DNA from: Terriglobia bacterium
Lineage (GTDB): Bacteria > Acidobacteriota > Polarisedimenticolia > Polarisedimenticolales > JAIQFR01
DNA: 64,000 bases
Assembly (NCBI GenBank): GCA_963748015.1
Contig: CAVVHE010000009.1
Location: forward strand, 448,001 to 512,000
Direction of reading: 5' to 3'
The translations under genes were made by a program, and so were the position numbers. Positions 1 through 9,058 of this stretch are shown one piece after another. Each line of letters begins with the position of its first letter. Positions within the stretch are counted from its first letter, which is position 1. The notes under the pieces are model-generated. The model was not told where the DNA came from. It saw only the letters and a list, made by a program, of their open reading frames with translations, and made no database searches.

Positions 1-529
1 CGCCGAGGGTGTTCGCCGTCCAATAGAACAGCCCGCAGCCGAGCACCATGAGCAGCCAGATCGACAGCAGGCCCGCGACCGACCGGCCGGTGACGAAATC
101 CACGAGCGCGCCTGGCGAGACGCTTCGCGACGCGGCCTGGCGCCGCTTCGCCGGCGCCGCACCGGCGATCGAGGACGACTCCAGCGCCCCGCCGTTCTCC
201 GTCCAATCTTGGAGGCCGCCGTGGTAGTGGCGCACGCGTGCGTAACCGAGTTCGCCGAGCAGGCCGACCGCCTGCTCGCCGAGCGGTCAGGTGAAGCCGC
301 CGCAGTAGACCGCGATCTCCCGATCGAGGTCCGGCAGGACCTCGCGGGCGCGGCCGGTCACCTCGGCGAGGGGCAGGCTGATCGCGCCCGGGAGGTGCCC
401 GCCCGCGAAGGACTCGGCGGGCAGCACGTCCACGATCGCGAGCCTTCGGTCGCCGATGCGGCCGGAGATTTCCTCACGGGAGATCTCGCGACCGGCGACG
501 GGAGCGAGGGAGGCGCTCGACGAGGTCAT
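1..529 (-). CDS. Rhodanese-domain putative selenoprotein (in-frame UGA 289-287) fused to a membrane domain; runs off the window edge
   Basis: Rhodanese motifs (IVDV...GHLPGAISLP...IAVYCGGFT) continue in frame past the TGA as PLGEQAVGLLGELGYARVRHYHGGLQDW, then a hydrophobic helix LLSIWLLMVLGCGLFYW. Confidence 0.85.
256..286 (-). promoter_or_regulatory. Putative bacterial SECIS element
   Basis: Perfect 9-bp stem CGAGCAGGC/GCCTGCTCG with a GGUCG loop; loop begins 17 nt after the UGA. Confidence 0.75.
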
Positions 530-536
530 TCCCGGG

Positions 537-1166
537 TTACTTCTTTCGCTTGTACACGATCTCCATCGACTTGAATTCCTTCCCGTCCGGTCCCTTGTCG
601 AACATCTCGGACTTCCAGTTGTCGGCGTCGATGATGGTGTCCAAGCCGCGAAGGGTCTTGACCTTGCCGGTCATCAGGTCCGGCCCCTCGCTGACGGAGG
701 CGAAGGACCGCGTCTTCGGGTTGTACGTGCCCTTCCCGACCATGATCCCCGTGCCCATGTTGTCGATCCAGGCGAAGACGAACTTCTTCTTCAGGGTGTC
801 GTATCCCGAGATCCCGCGCCCCTCGAACGGCATCCCGTTGAAGGTGCTGGTCGTCATGTCCTCGAGGTAGCGGCCGCCCATGATCATTCGCATCTCGGAC
901 GTGCCATCGGAGACCTGGGGAGGCGCGCCCGGCGCCATCCAGAGCGTTACCTTCGCGCTCCAGGACCCGGCCCTCTGCGCGAGCAGCTTGTGCTCTTCCC
1001 CCGGCGTCATGTAGACGTTCCAATTTTCCATCATCGCCTGCTCCTCGGCGCTCATGGCGGGCTCTTTCTGCCCCTCCGCCGCTGCGCGAGCGAGAACGGA
1101 CGCGAGAGAAAGGGTGAAGACGGCCACGGCCACACCGAGCTGCAACGCACGGGTTGTCGATCTCAT
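537..1166 (-). CDS. DUF1579-family secreted protein
   Basis: Signal peptide; PGEEHKLL...GSW, MGGRYL, GYD...WIDNMGTG motifs. Confidence 0.85.
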   Translation of the reverse strand: MRSTTRALQLGVAVAVFTLSLASVLARAAAEGQKEPAMSAEEQAMMENWNVYMTPGEEHKLLAQRAGSWSAKVTLWMAPGAPPQVSDGTSEMRMIMGGRYLEDMTTSTFNGMPFEGRGISGYDTLKKKFVFAWIDNMGTGIMVGKGTYNPKTRSFASVSEGPDLMTGKVKTLRGLDTIIDADNWKSEMFDKGPDGKEFKSMEIVYKRKK

Positions 1167-1233
1167 CGAATACCTCCACCGGAAGACGCCTCGACGCCAG
1201 TCGGGGTCCTCGGGGCTGCTTTCCCAGGTGCTG

Positions 1234-1284
1234 ATTTAGGACTCATTTGGTCCTTATTATGGGGAAGGAGAGCCCCGCGGTCAA
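1234..1284 (-). promoter_or_regulatory. sigma70 promoter with GGAC-N7-GTCC operator
   Basis: TTGACC (1284-1279)-N17-CATAAT (1261-1256); palindrome at 1239-1253 just downstream. Confidence 0.65.
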
Positions 1285-1360
1285 GTGGGGCCCTTCCGGC
1301 CGGAGGGCGGCGGCGGGAGGAACGATCCTCGCCGCCGCCGGGAAGAAGATGTGCCGCCGG

Positions 1361-2695
1361 CTAGCCCAGCTTCGCCAACCGGTTCTTGAGGGACTCGATG
1401 CCGCGGGCGGAGACCTGCGACTTGGGCAGCGTTTCGGCGTAGGCGAGCGCATCCTGGAGCGCGGTCTTCGCCGAAGCGGTGTCCCCCTTCTTGTCGTAGA
1501 TCCTGGACTTCGTCACGAAAACCTGGATCTTGCGCGGGCCGTACACGAGCTTCATCGCGCGGTCGGCGGCGGCGAGGGCCTCGTCGTAGCGGCCCAGCTC
1601 GTTGAGAGCGATCGCGAGCCGCGCCGGCGGGTTGTAGTCCAGCGGGAGGTCCTTCTCGGACTGCTCCAGCATCGGGATCGCGTGCGCCGGATCACCGGAC
1701 TCGATCGACGCGTTGAGCCGGCCGGAGTCGAAGACCGCCCGGCCTTCGGGGGTCGTCGCGCGCGCCGCCTCGCCGTCGAGGAAGGCGAGCCACTCGGCCG
1801 CGACCTTCCTGGCGCCCTCCTTGTCGTCCGCGTCCTTCCGCGAACCCAGAAGCGTCGCGTAGAGCCCCGAGATGTCGTCCCCGGGGATGTCGATGCGAGG
1901 CGGGGCGAGAGCGTTCCGCACCGCGGCCTCGAACTCCGCGACGGCCGCCGCCTTCGCGGGCCCCTCGAGGCTCGTGGCGCAGTCGAGCCCGGAGAGCGCG
2001 ACGTTGGCGTAGTGCTGGTTCCTCTCCTTCGGCAGCTCCGCGCGGGCGAGGTCCACGCACTCCTGCGCGGTTTCCTTCTTGCCGAGGAGTCCGAGCAGCG
2101 ACTCGACGGCGCGGTCGCGCGGAGCCCATCCCTGCGGGGCCTTCGCGAGCGCGTCCTTGAACGCCGCGATCGCTTCTTCCTTCTTGCCCGCGCCCTGGAG
2201 CCGGTCGGCCGAGGCGAGAACCGCTTCCGCGCCGCTCCCCTTGTTCGCGTAGGCGCTCTCGCCGTCGTCGAACAGCTTCTCGAGCTGCGGCACGTTGGCG
2301 CTGCCGACCCAGCGCAGGACCGCCTGCTCGCTCTCGGGATCGATCACGAGCAGGGTGGGATAGGCCTCGATCGGGTACTTCTCGAGGAACGCCGCGTTAG
2401 CTTCTTTCTCGGTGTTGACGGTCAGCCAGACGAACCGCCCGGCTTGCCTTTCGAGCGCGCGATCGGTGAACACGAACGCGCGCATCGACTGGCAGCTGTG
2501 TCACCAGGGGGCCCAGGCGTCGACGAAGATCGGCAGCTTCTTGGTCCTCGCGTCGGTCAAGGCGCGCGCGTAGTCGTCCTCGACGAAGGGAAGGACCTCG
2601 GCGCGCTTCGCGCCCGGGGAGCCCGCGCAGGACGCGGCGAGCATGCCCGCGGACGCGATCGCCAGTCCGGCGGCGATGGCGTGAACGATTCGCAA
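1361..2695 (-). CDS. Thioredoxin-like (UxxC) + TPR lipoprotein, putative selenoprotein (in-frame UGA 2503-2501)
   Basis: GAGGAGG RBS and TTG start; lipobox LAASC; FVDAWAPW-TGA-HSCQSM reads in frame into the 374-aa ORF with a Trx-fold remainder (YPT) and TPR-like helices. Confidence 0.88.
2451..2500 (-). promoter_or_regulatory. Putative bacterial SECIS element
   Basis: Hairpin TCGA-T-GCGCGCG...CGCGCGC-TCGA with an apical GUUC-type loop about 29 nt after the UGA. Confidence 0.55.
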
Positions 2696-2918
2696 CGGAG
2701 CCTCCTCTCGCGGGCGGTCTGAACCGCGACCGCCCGAACCCATGCCGGGGGAGATGATCCCACGAATCCCGCGAGGACGGCAACCGAGCGGGGGTACAAA
2801 AACCGACGCGGATTGCCGTCCCCTTCGGCCCGACGGGAGTTGCGACAACGGGGCTCGGATGCGGTCCCGTTTGGGGTATGCTCTGCCGGCGTCGGGAGCG
2901 GAGGGCGTCGGGACGGCG

Positions 2919-3512
2919 ATGGCTAAGCTCAGGGACCGGGTGAGCGTCGCGTGCGTCGTGCTCGCGGCCGCGCTGGCGGCGACGGGCGCGGCGGCGGCCC
3001 CCGTTTCTCCGGCGTCCGCGAAGCGGGCGGAGGAGCGGCTCGTCCAGGCGAAGGCGCCCCCCTTCTCGGAAGGGATCTTCCCCTGCAAGGAATGCCACGA
3101 CAAGCCGGGGGACAAGACGCGGCGCGAGCTGAGCTTCCACGAGGACATCCAGGGGATGTTCGACCACGACGCCGAGCACCGGTGGTGCCTCGACTGCCAC
3201 GACAACGCCGACCGCGACCTGCTGCACCTCTCGAGCGGCGACACGCTCCCGTTCACCGAGTCGTACCGCCTGTGCGGCCAGTGCCACGGCGACAAGTACC
3301 GCGACTGGCGCGCCGGGGTCCACGGCAAGAGGGTCGGCCACTGGGACGGCGAGAAGACCTACTTCCTGTGCGTCAACTGCCACAACCCGCACTCGCCGCG
3401 CTTCAAGGGAGTCGCCGAGATCGAGGAGGCGGGTCAGAAGACCACCGCCCCGACCCAGGAGCTCCTGAAGCCGGAGCCGCGCCCCCGGCGGCCCGAGGAG
3501 CAGCGGAAATGA
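2919..3512 (+). CDS. Periplasmic tetraheme c-type cytochrome
   Basis: Signal peptide; four CxxCH motifs (CKECH, CLDCH, CGQCH, CVNCH). Confidence 0.9.
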   Translation: MAKLRDRVSVACVVLAAALAATGAAAAPVSPASAKRAEERLVQAKAPPFSEGIFPCKECHDKPGDKTRRELSFHEDIQGMFDHDAEHRWCLDCHDNADRDLLHLSSGDTLPFTESYRLCGQCHGDKYRDWRAGVHGKRVGHWDGEKTYFLCVNCHNPHSPRFKGVAEIEEAGQKTTAPTQELLKPEPRPRRPEEQRK

Positions 3513-4426
3513 GCGCGCGAGGCGGCGGCAAGAGCGGCCCCCGCGGTCTCCCCGACACGGGGCGGCGAGACTTCCTGCGCATGGCGGCGGTCAGCACCGC
3601 CGCAACCGCCCTGACGGGGTGCGGGATCGAGGGGTTCCTCCGCAAGCACTTCCGCGAGCTGTCGAAGGACGAGCTGGACGCGGTCCTGAGGGGCGTCGAG
3701 AAGAGCAACCTCGCGCGGTTCGGGAAGGCGACGACGGTGGACGCGACGGGGCCGCGCGCGGGGGTGGAGTTCGGCTACGGGCTCGATCTCTCCCGCTGTG
3801 TCGGCTGCCGCCGCTGCGTGTATTCCTGCGTGAAGGAGAACAACCAGTCTCGCGAGCACCCGCAGGTCCAGTGGATCCGCGTGCTGGAGATGGACAAGGA
3901 GCACGGCGTTGATCTCGCGCACTCCGAGGTCTACTACGAGCCCGACCGCGTCCCGCAGCCCGGCAAGTTCTACTTCCCGGTGCAGTGCCAGCAGTGTCGC
4001 AATCCGCCGTGCGTGAAGACCTGTCCCACGGGAGCGACCTGGCAGGAGCCGGACGGGCTCGTCGTCATCGACTACGACTGGTGCATCGGCTGCCGCTGCT
4101 GCATGTCGGCCTGTCCTTACGGCGCGCGGCACTTCAACTGGGCGCCCCCGACGCTTCCCGCCGAGGAGTTGAACCCGGACCAGCACTTCCTCGGAAACCG
4201 CCCGCGTCCGAAGGGGGTCGTCGAGAAGTGCACCTTCTGCATCCAGAGGACCCGGAAGGGGCGCTACCCGGCCTGCGTCGAGATCTGTCCCGTCGGCGCG
4301 CGCAAGTTCGGGAACCTGCTCGATCCGGAGAGCGAGATACGCAGGGTGATCGAGACCAAGCGCGTTTTCGTCTTCAAGCAGGATCTCGCCACGGACCCGC
4401 ACTTCTACTATTTCTACGCGACGTAG
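3509..4426 (+). CDS. Tat-exported 4Fe-4S dicluster protein (NrfC/DsrO/QrcC-like)
   Basis: GRRDFL Tat motif; CVGCRRC, CQQCRNPPC, CIGCRCCMSACP, EKCTFC...PACVEICP; ATGA overlap with the upstream gene. Confidence 0.92.
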   Translation: MSARGGGKSGPRGLPDTGRRDFLRMAAVSTAATALTGCGIEGFLRKHFRELSKDELDAVLRGVEKSNLARFGKATTVDATGPRAGVEFGYGLDLSRCVGCRRCVYSCVKENNQSREHPQVQWIRVLEMDKEHGVDLAHSEVYYEPDRVPQPGKFYFPVQCQQCRNPPCVKTCPTGATWQEPDGLVVIDYDWCIGCRCCMSACPYGARHFNWAPPTLPAEELNPDQHFLGNRPRPKGVVEKCTFCIQRTRKGRYPACVEICPVGARKFGNLLDPESEIRRVIETKRVFVFKQDLATDPHFYYFYAT

Positions 4427-4439
4427 CGGGGAAGGGGCC

Positions 4440-5669
4440 ATGCGCGGAGTGCTCGAGTTCCTGAGAGGCTGCGTCCGCCAGGTCCTGCGCGGCGGCGCGG
4501 CCTACTGGGCGTGGCTCGCGACGCTCGGCGTCCTGATCGCGATCGGGGCGTTCTCCTACGCGAACCAGTTCCGGCAGGGTCTCATCGCGACCAACATGCG
4601 GGACCAGGTCTCGTGGGCGTTCTACGTCGGCAACTTCACCTTCCTCGTGGGGGTCGCGGCGGCCGCGGTGCTCCTCGTGATACCCGCGTACGTCTACCAG
4701 TGGAAGCCGATCAAGGAGGTCGTGCTCCTCGGCGAGCTCCTCGCGATCTCGGCGCTCGCCATGTGCCTGCTGTTCATCATGGTGGACGTGGGACAGCCGG
4801 GCCGCGTCCTGCACATGGCCCCGTTCGTGGGGACCCCCAACTGGCCGGCGTCGCTCCTCGCGTGGGACGCCCTCGTCCTAAACCTCTACCTCCTGCTGAA
4901 CCTCGTGGTCGTCTCCTACATCATCTTCAAGTCGTACCGGGGCGAGGCGATCAACAACCGCATCCTGGTGCCGCTCGTGCTCCTCTCGATCCCGGTCGCC
5001 ATCTCGACGCACACCGTGACCGCGTTCCTCTACAACGGCATGGTGGCGCGGCCGTACTGGAACGCGTCCATCCTGGCGCCGCGCTTCATCGCGTCCGCCT
5101 TCTGCTCGGGGCCGGCGGTGATGCTGATCCTGTTCCAGATCCTCCGCCGAACGGTGAAGCTGCCGATCAAGGACGAGGCGATCTGGAAGATCGCGGAGCT
5201 GATGGCGTACGCGATGTTCCTGAACCTGTTCCTCCTCGGCGCCGAGGTGTTCAAGGAGTTCTACTCCGCCTCCGAGCACACCCTCTACACCCGGTACCTG
5301 TGGTTCGGGCTCGGCGGGCACAAGGCGCTCGTGCCCTACGCGTGGCTCTCCCTCGCCTGCAGCGTCGTGGCCTTCGTCCTCTTCCTGGTGCCGCGGACGC
5401 GCCGGAACTTCGCGACCCTGAACCTCGGCTGCGTCCTCATCTATGCGGGTGTCTACATCGAGAAGGGGATGGGCCTCGTCATCCCGGGGATGACGCCGGA
5501 CACGCTGGGGGAGATCTACGAGTACCGGCCGACGCTCACCGAGTGGGGCGTGGCCGCGGGGATCTTCGGCGTCGGCTTCCTCGTCTTCACGCTCCTCGTG
5601 AAGATCGCCGTCTCGGTCTATTACGGGACCTTCCGCTCGCCCGAGAGCGCGACCGGCGCGACGCACTGA
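4440..5669 (+). CDS. NrfD/PsrC-family membrane anchor (DsrP/QrcD-like)
   Basis: About 10 TM helices; TNMRDQVSW, DVGQPGR and APRFIASAF motifs. Confidence 0.9.
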   Translation: MRGVLEFLRGCVRQVLRGGAAYWAWLATLGVLIAIGAFSYANQFRQGLIATNMRDQVSWAFYVGNFTFLVGVAAAAVLLVIPAYVYQWKPIKEVVLLGELLAISALAMCLLFIMVDVGQPGRVLHMAPFVGTPNWPASLLAWDALVLNLYLLLNLVVVSYIIFKSYRGEAINNRILVPLVLLSIPVAISTHTVTAFLYNGMVARPYWNASILAPRFIASAFCSGPAVMLILFQILRRTVKLPIKDEAIWKIAELMAYAMFLNLFLLGAEVFKEFYSASEHTLYTRYLWFGLGGHKALVPYAWLSLACSVVAFVLFLVPRTRRNFATLNLGCVLIYAGVYIEKGMGLVIPGMTPDTLGEIYEYRPTLTEWGVAAGIFGVGFLVFTLLVKIAVSVYYGTFRSPESATGATH

Positions 5670-5812
5670 ACCGCTCCGGCGGACCCGGCTGTCACAGAGT
5701 GGCTCCCCCGCGGATTGATCCGGTGAACGCCTCCGGAGCGGCCCGGGCGACATTCGAACCCGGTCACGCTCTCCCGCGGAAGGGATGACGGAGGCGGCAG
5801 GGAGGACCGACA

Positions 5813-8185
5813 ATGCCGACCACCGGATCGCCCCAGCTTCTCGAGACCAGGGCCCGCGCGGGCCTCGTCGCGGTCGACGGCCGCGCGTTCCCGCTGAAGG
5901 GTGCCAAGATCGAGGCCCGCGCCGAGGGGGGCCTCGCCTCGACGACGCTCTTCCAGGAGTACGAGAACCCCCACGCCGAGCCCCTCGAGGTCCTCTACAC
6001 GCTACCGCTCCCGGCCGACGGCGCCGTCCTCGGCTACACGATTCGCCTCGGCGAGCGGACCATCACGGGACAGATCGAGAAGCGCGAGGTCGCGCGCGAG
6101 AAGTACCTCAGGGCCCTCGAGGAAGGGCGCGCCGCGGGGCTGCTCGAGCAGGACCGGGCGGACACGTTCACGCAGCAGCTCGGCAGCCTGCCGCCCGGCG
6201 TCCCGGTCCGGGTGGAGATCGAGGTCCTGCACCCGCTGGCCTTCCGGGTCGAGGCGGGGACGGACGGGCCGCGCTGGGAGTACCGATTCCCGACCGTCGT
6301 CGGCGTTCGCTACGAGGGGGCGCCCGGGCGCGTTCCCGACGCGGGCCGACTGGATGTGGACCGGGCGGACGGTCCCGGCACGCCGGTGCGGCTCGAGGTC
6401 GGGCTGGTCATCGCGGACGGGACGCCCGAAGGCGTAGCACCGCTCTCTCCCGGCCACGAGCTGGCCGTGTCGGGCCAGGACGGGGCGACCCGCATCGCCC
6501 TAGCGTCCCCCTCGCGCCTCGACCGCGACGTGGTCGTGCGCTGGCGGGCCGCGGGGTCCGAGGCCGGCGCCCGCCTCGTCGAGGGGCGAGGGCTCGCCGG
6601 GGACGACGGCCGCTACGCGGTCGTCACCCTGACCCCGCCGGCCGCGCCGTCCGCGAGTTTCGCGCAGGACGTGACGATCCTGATCGACGCGAGCGGCTCG
6701 ATGAGCGGGGAGCCGATCGAGCAGGCCAAGCGCATCGCCGAGGCGCTCGTCGCTTCCTTGAAGCCGGCGGACCGCTTCGAGCTCCTCGCGTTCGCCAGCA
6801 CGGTCACGCCGCTGACGCGGGGATGGGTCCAGGCCACCGAGAGCGGGATCCACGCGGCCGTGTGCCAGCTTCGCAAGCTGCAGGCCTCCGGGGCGACGGA
6901 AATGAGGGAGGCGATCCTCCGCGCTCTCGAGCCGCTCCGGTCCGAGGCGCAGCGGCAGGTGGTGCTGATCACCGACGGCGAGGTCGGCTTCGAGCAAGAG
7001 GTCGTGGCCGAGGTGCTCACGAAGCTCCCCGCCGGCGCGAGGCTCCACGTCGTCGGCATCGGCAGCGCTCCCAATCGCACCCTGACCCGCGGCGCGTCGC
7101 GCGCGGGACGCGGGATCGAGCTGCTCGTGGGGAACCACGAGGACGCGAACGAAGCGGCCGCGCGGCTCCGGCGCGCGACCGAGGCGCCCGTCCTGGCCGA
7201 CGTCGCCGTGCGCGGCTCCGCCGTCGCCGGCGTGGCGCCCGAGCGGCCCCGCGACGTGTTCGCGGGCCAGCCCGCGCTGATCGCCGTCGAGCTGAAGCCC
7301 GAGGGGGGAACGGTCGAGATCGAGGGGAGGCTCGCGGGGCAGGCCGCGCCGTGGATCGAGCGCATCGAGGTCCCGGCGCTCGCCGAGGCCCGGCCGGCGT
7401 CTTCGCTTCCGGCCGGCGCGTTCTACGGACGCGAGGCGGTCGAGGACTGCGAGATGCGGCTCGCGGCCGCCGACGCCGGCAAGGGATCGCGGGCGATGCT
7501 CGAGCGGATCGAGGCCGTCGCTCTCCGCCATCGCATCGTGAGCCGAAGCACGAGCCTCGTCGCGGTCTCCGAGGACCCGACCGTGGATCCTCGCGATCCT
7601 CGCCGCCGCCAGCGCCTCGCGGTCGAGCTTCCCGCCGAGGTTTCGGCGGAGGGGGTGGGGCTGGCGTGCGCTACCGGGATGCCGCGGTTCGCCGCCTCCA
7701 TGTTGACGTTGGGTGGTGGCATGGACGAGGAGCCCCTGAGGGAACGCCTCATGGTGGATTTCGATACGACAGGCGCGGAAGAAAAGGGCACCTACGCGTG
7801 CCAATCGTCGCCGCCGGCCTGGCGCGCAAAGAGCCTGCGGATGCTCTCCGGGTTGTTCCGCCGAGGGACTTCTGGCCAGCCTCTTCATCTCACGATCGAG
7901 GGCCGGGTCGTCCGCGTGGAGCCCGACCTCCTCGTCCTCGAGTTCGAGGTGCCGGACGGCGGGATCCAGCTTCCGCCCGACGGCTCCGAGGTCCACTTCA
8001 ACTGGGACACGCGGGAGACCACTGCCGCCATCGTCGTCGAGCAGCTCGGCACGAGGGCGGGGGAGCACGCCGAGGGGCTCACCGTGCGCCTGGCGCTACG
8101 CGGCGACCTCCGCAGTTCCGGCGGCTTCGTCACCTGGGACGACCCCGGGCGCGGCACGGTCATCCTCGGGTTCGAAGAGCCCTGA
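5813..8185 (+). CDS. VIT + von Willebrand factor A domain protein
   Basis: VIT motif (QEYENP...EVLYTLPLPADGAV); MIDAS LIDASGSMSG, GATEM, LITDGEV. Confidence 0.9.
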   Translation: MPTTGSPQLLETRARAGLVAVDGRAFPLKGAKIEARAEGGLASTTLFQEYENPHAEPLEVLYTLPLPADGAVLGYTIRLGERTITGQIEKREVAREKYLRALEEGRAAGLLEQDRADTFTQQLGSLPPGVPVRVEIEVLHPLAFRVEAGTDGPRWEYRFPTVVGVRYEGAPGRVPDAGRLDVDRADGPGTPVRLEVGLVIADGTPEGVAPLSPGHELAVSGQDGATRIALASPSRLDRDVVVRWRAAGSEAGARLVEGRGLAGDDGRYAVVTLTPPAAPSASFAQDVTILIDASGSMSGEPIEQAKRIAEALVASLKPADRFELLAFASTVTPLTRGWVQATESGIHAAVCQLRKLQASGATEMREAILRALEPLRSEAQRQVVLITDGEVGFEQEVVAEVLTKLPAGARLHVVGIGSAPNRTLTRGASRAGRGIELLVGNHEDANEAAARLRRATEAPVLADVAVRGSAVAGVAPERPRDVFAGQPALIAVELKPEGGTVEIEGRLAGQAAPWIERIEVPALAEARPASSLPAGAFYGREAVEDCEMRLAAADAGKGSRAMLERIEAVALRHRIVSRSTSLVAVSEDPTVDPRDPRRRQRLAVELPAEVSAEGVGLACATGMPRFAASMLTLGGGMDEEPLRERLMVDFDTTGAEEKGTYACQSSPPAWRAKSLRMLSGLFRRGTSGQPLHLTIEGRVVRVEPDLLVLEFEVPDGGIQLPPDGSEVHFNWDTRETTAAIVVEQLGTRAGEHAEGLTVRLALRGDLRSSGGFVTWDDPGRGTVILGFEEP

Positions 8186-8206
8186 GAGCGAGGAAGGAGC
8201 TCTTCG

Positions 8207-8776
8207 GTGACTCCGATCGACGCTGCGTTCGCGCGGGCCCGGTACGGCGACCACGAGGGATTCGCCGACTGGGTCCGCGCGGCCGAGCGTCCGCTCCGGT
8301 CGAGCCTGCGGAGCTTCGCGCGGCAGGTGGACGTCGAGGCGATCGTCCAGGAAGGGCTCACGAGGATGTGGGTGCTTGCATCGAGGGTCGCGCTCGATGG
8401 TGAGAACGCTTCGCTCCGCTACGCGCTCAAGCTCGTGCGGAACTTAGCCCTCCGCGAGATCGAGCGGTCGGGCCGCTTCGAGCCGCTCGACCCGGGCGGG
8501 TCCGTCGCCGATCCCGGCCCTGCGGTCCAGCCCGAGCCGCCCCCCGACCCCGGCCTGCGCCGGGCGATCCTCGACTGCATCGGCCGCCTCTCGCGCAAGC
8601 CGGCGGACGCCCTCGCGGCGAGACTACGGGGCGACGGGATCGAGCCCGACCGCGTCCTCGCCGAGCGGCTCGGCATGACCCTCAACACGTTCCTCCAGAA
8701 CATCGTGCGCGCGAGGCGCTCGCTCGCCGGGTGCCTCGAGTCGAAGGGGATCTCGACCCGGGAGTACACGGCATGA
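8207..8776 (+). CDS. ECF-type RNA polymerase sigma factor
   Basis: DVEAIVQE region 2, VRNLA; region 4 HTH (LAERLGMTLNT...RARRSLAGCLE). Confidence 0.75.
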   Translation: MTPIDAAFARARYGDHEGFADWVRAAERPLRSSLRSFARQVDVEAIVQEGLTRMWVLASRVALDGENASLRYALKLVRNLALREIERSGRFEPLDPGGSVADPGPAVQPEPPPDPGLRRAILDCIGRLSRKPADALAARLRGDGIEPDRVLAERLGMTLNTFLQNIVRARRSLAGCLESKGISTREYTA

Positions 8777-9018
8777 GCACCCCGGAACGCGACGCGCTCA
8801 TCGAGGCCGCGGCATCCTCGTTCCGCGCGCGGGAGGTGTCGGGGCGCATCCTCCCGTCGCCGGACTGGGCCGACCTCCAGCCTGAAGACCGCGACGCCCT
8901 GTTCGACCTCCAGCTCGCCTCGCGCCGCCTCGAGCGCGCCGCGCACCGGCGGGGCCTCAGCTCGACCGCCCGCGCGGTGCTCGCGCGGATCGAGCTCCTC
9001 GGGCAGGCGGGGGAGTGA
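8773..9018 (+). CDS. Small hypothetical protein
   Basis: ATGA-coupled to the sigma gene, 81 aa, host-like codon usage. Confidence 0.65.
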   Translation: MSTPERDALIEAAASSFRAREVSGRILPSPDWADLQPEDRDALFDLQLASRRLERAAHRRGLSSTARAVLARIELLGQAGE

Positions 9019-9058
9019 CGGAGAAGCTCGTAAAAAGGCCCGGTGCTCGGCGCCGTCC

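Noticed and set aside
5785..8403. Very long alternative-frame ORFs (also 25996-29196, 53787-57200, 60463-63624)
   Set aside because: Arg/Pro/Gly-rich shadow ORFs expected at this GC content, overlapping genes with clear motifs
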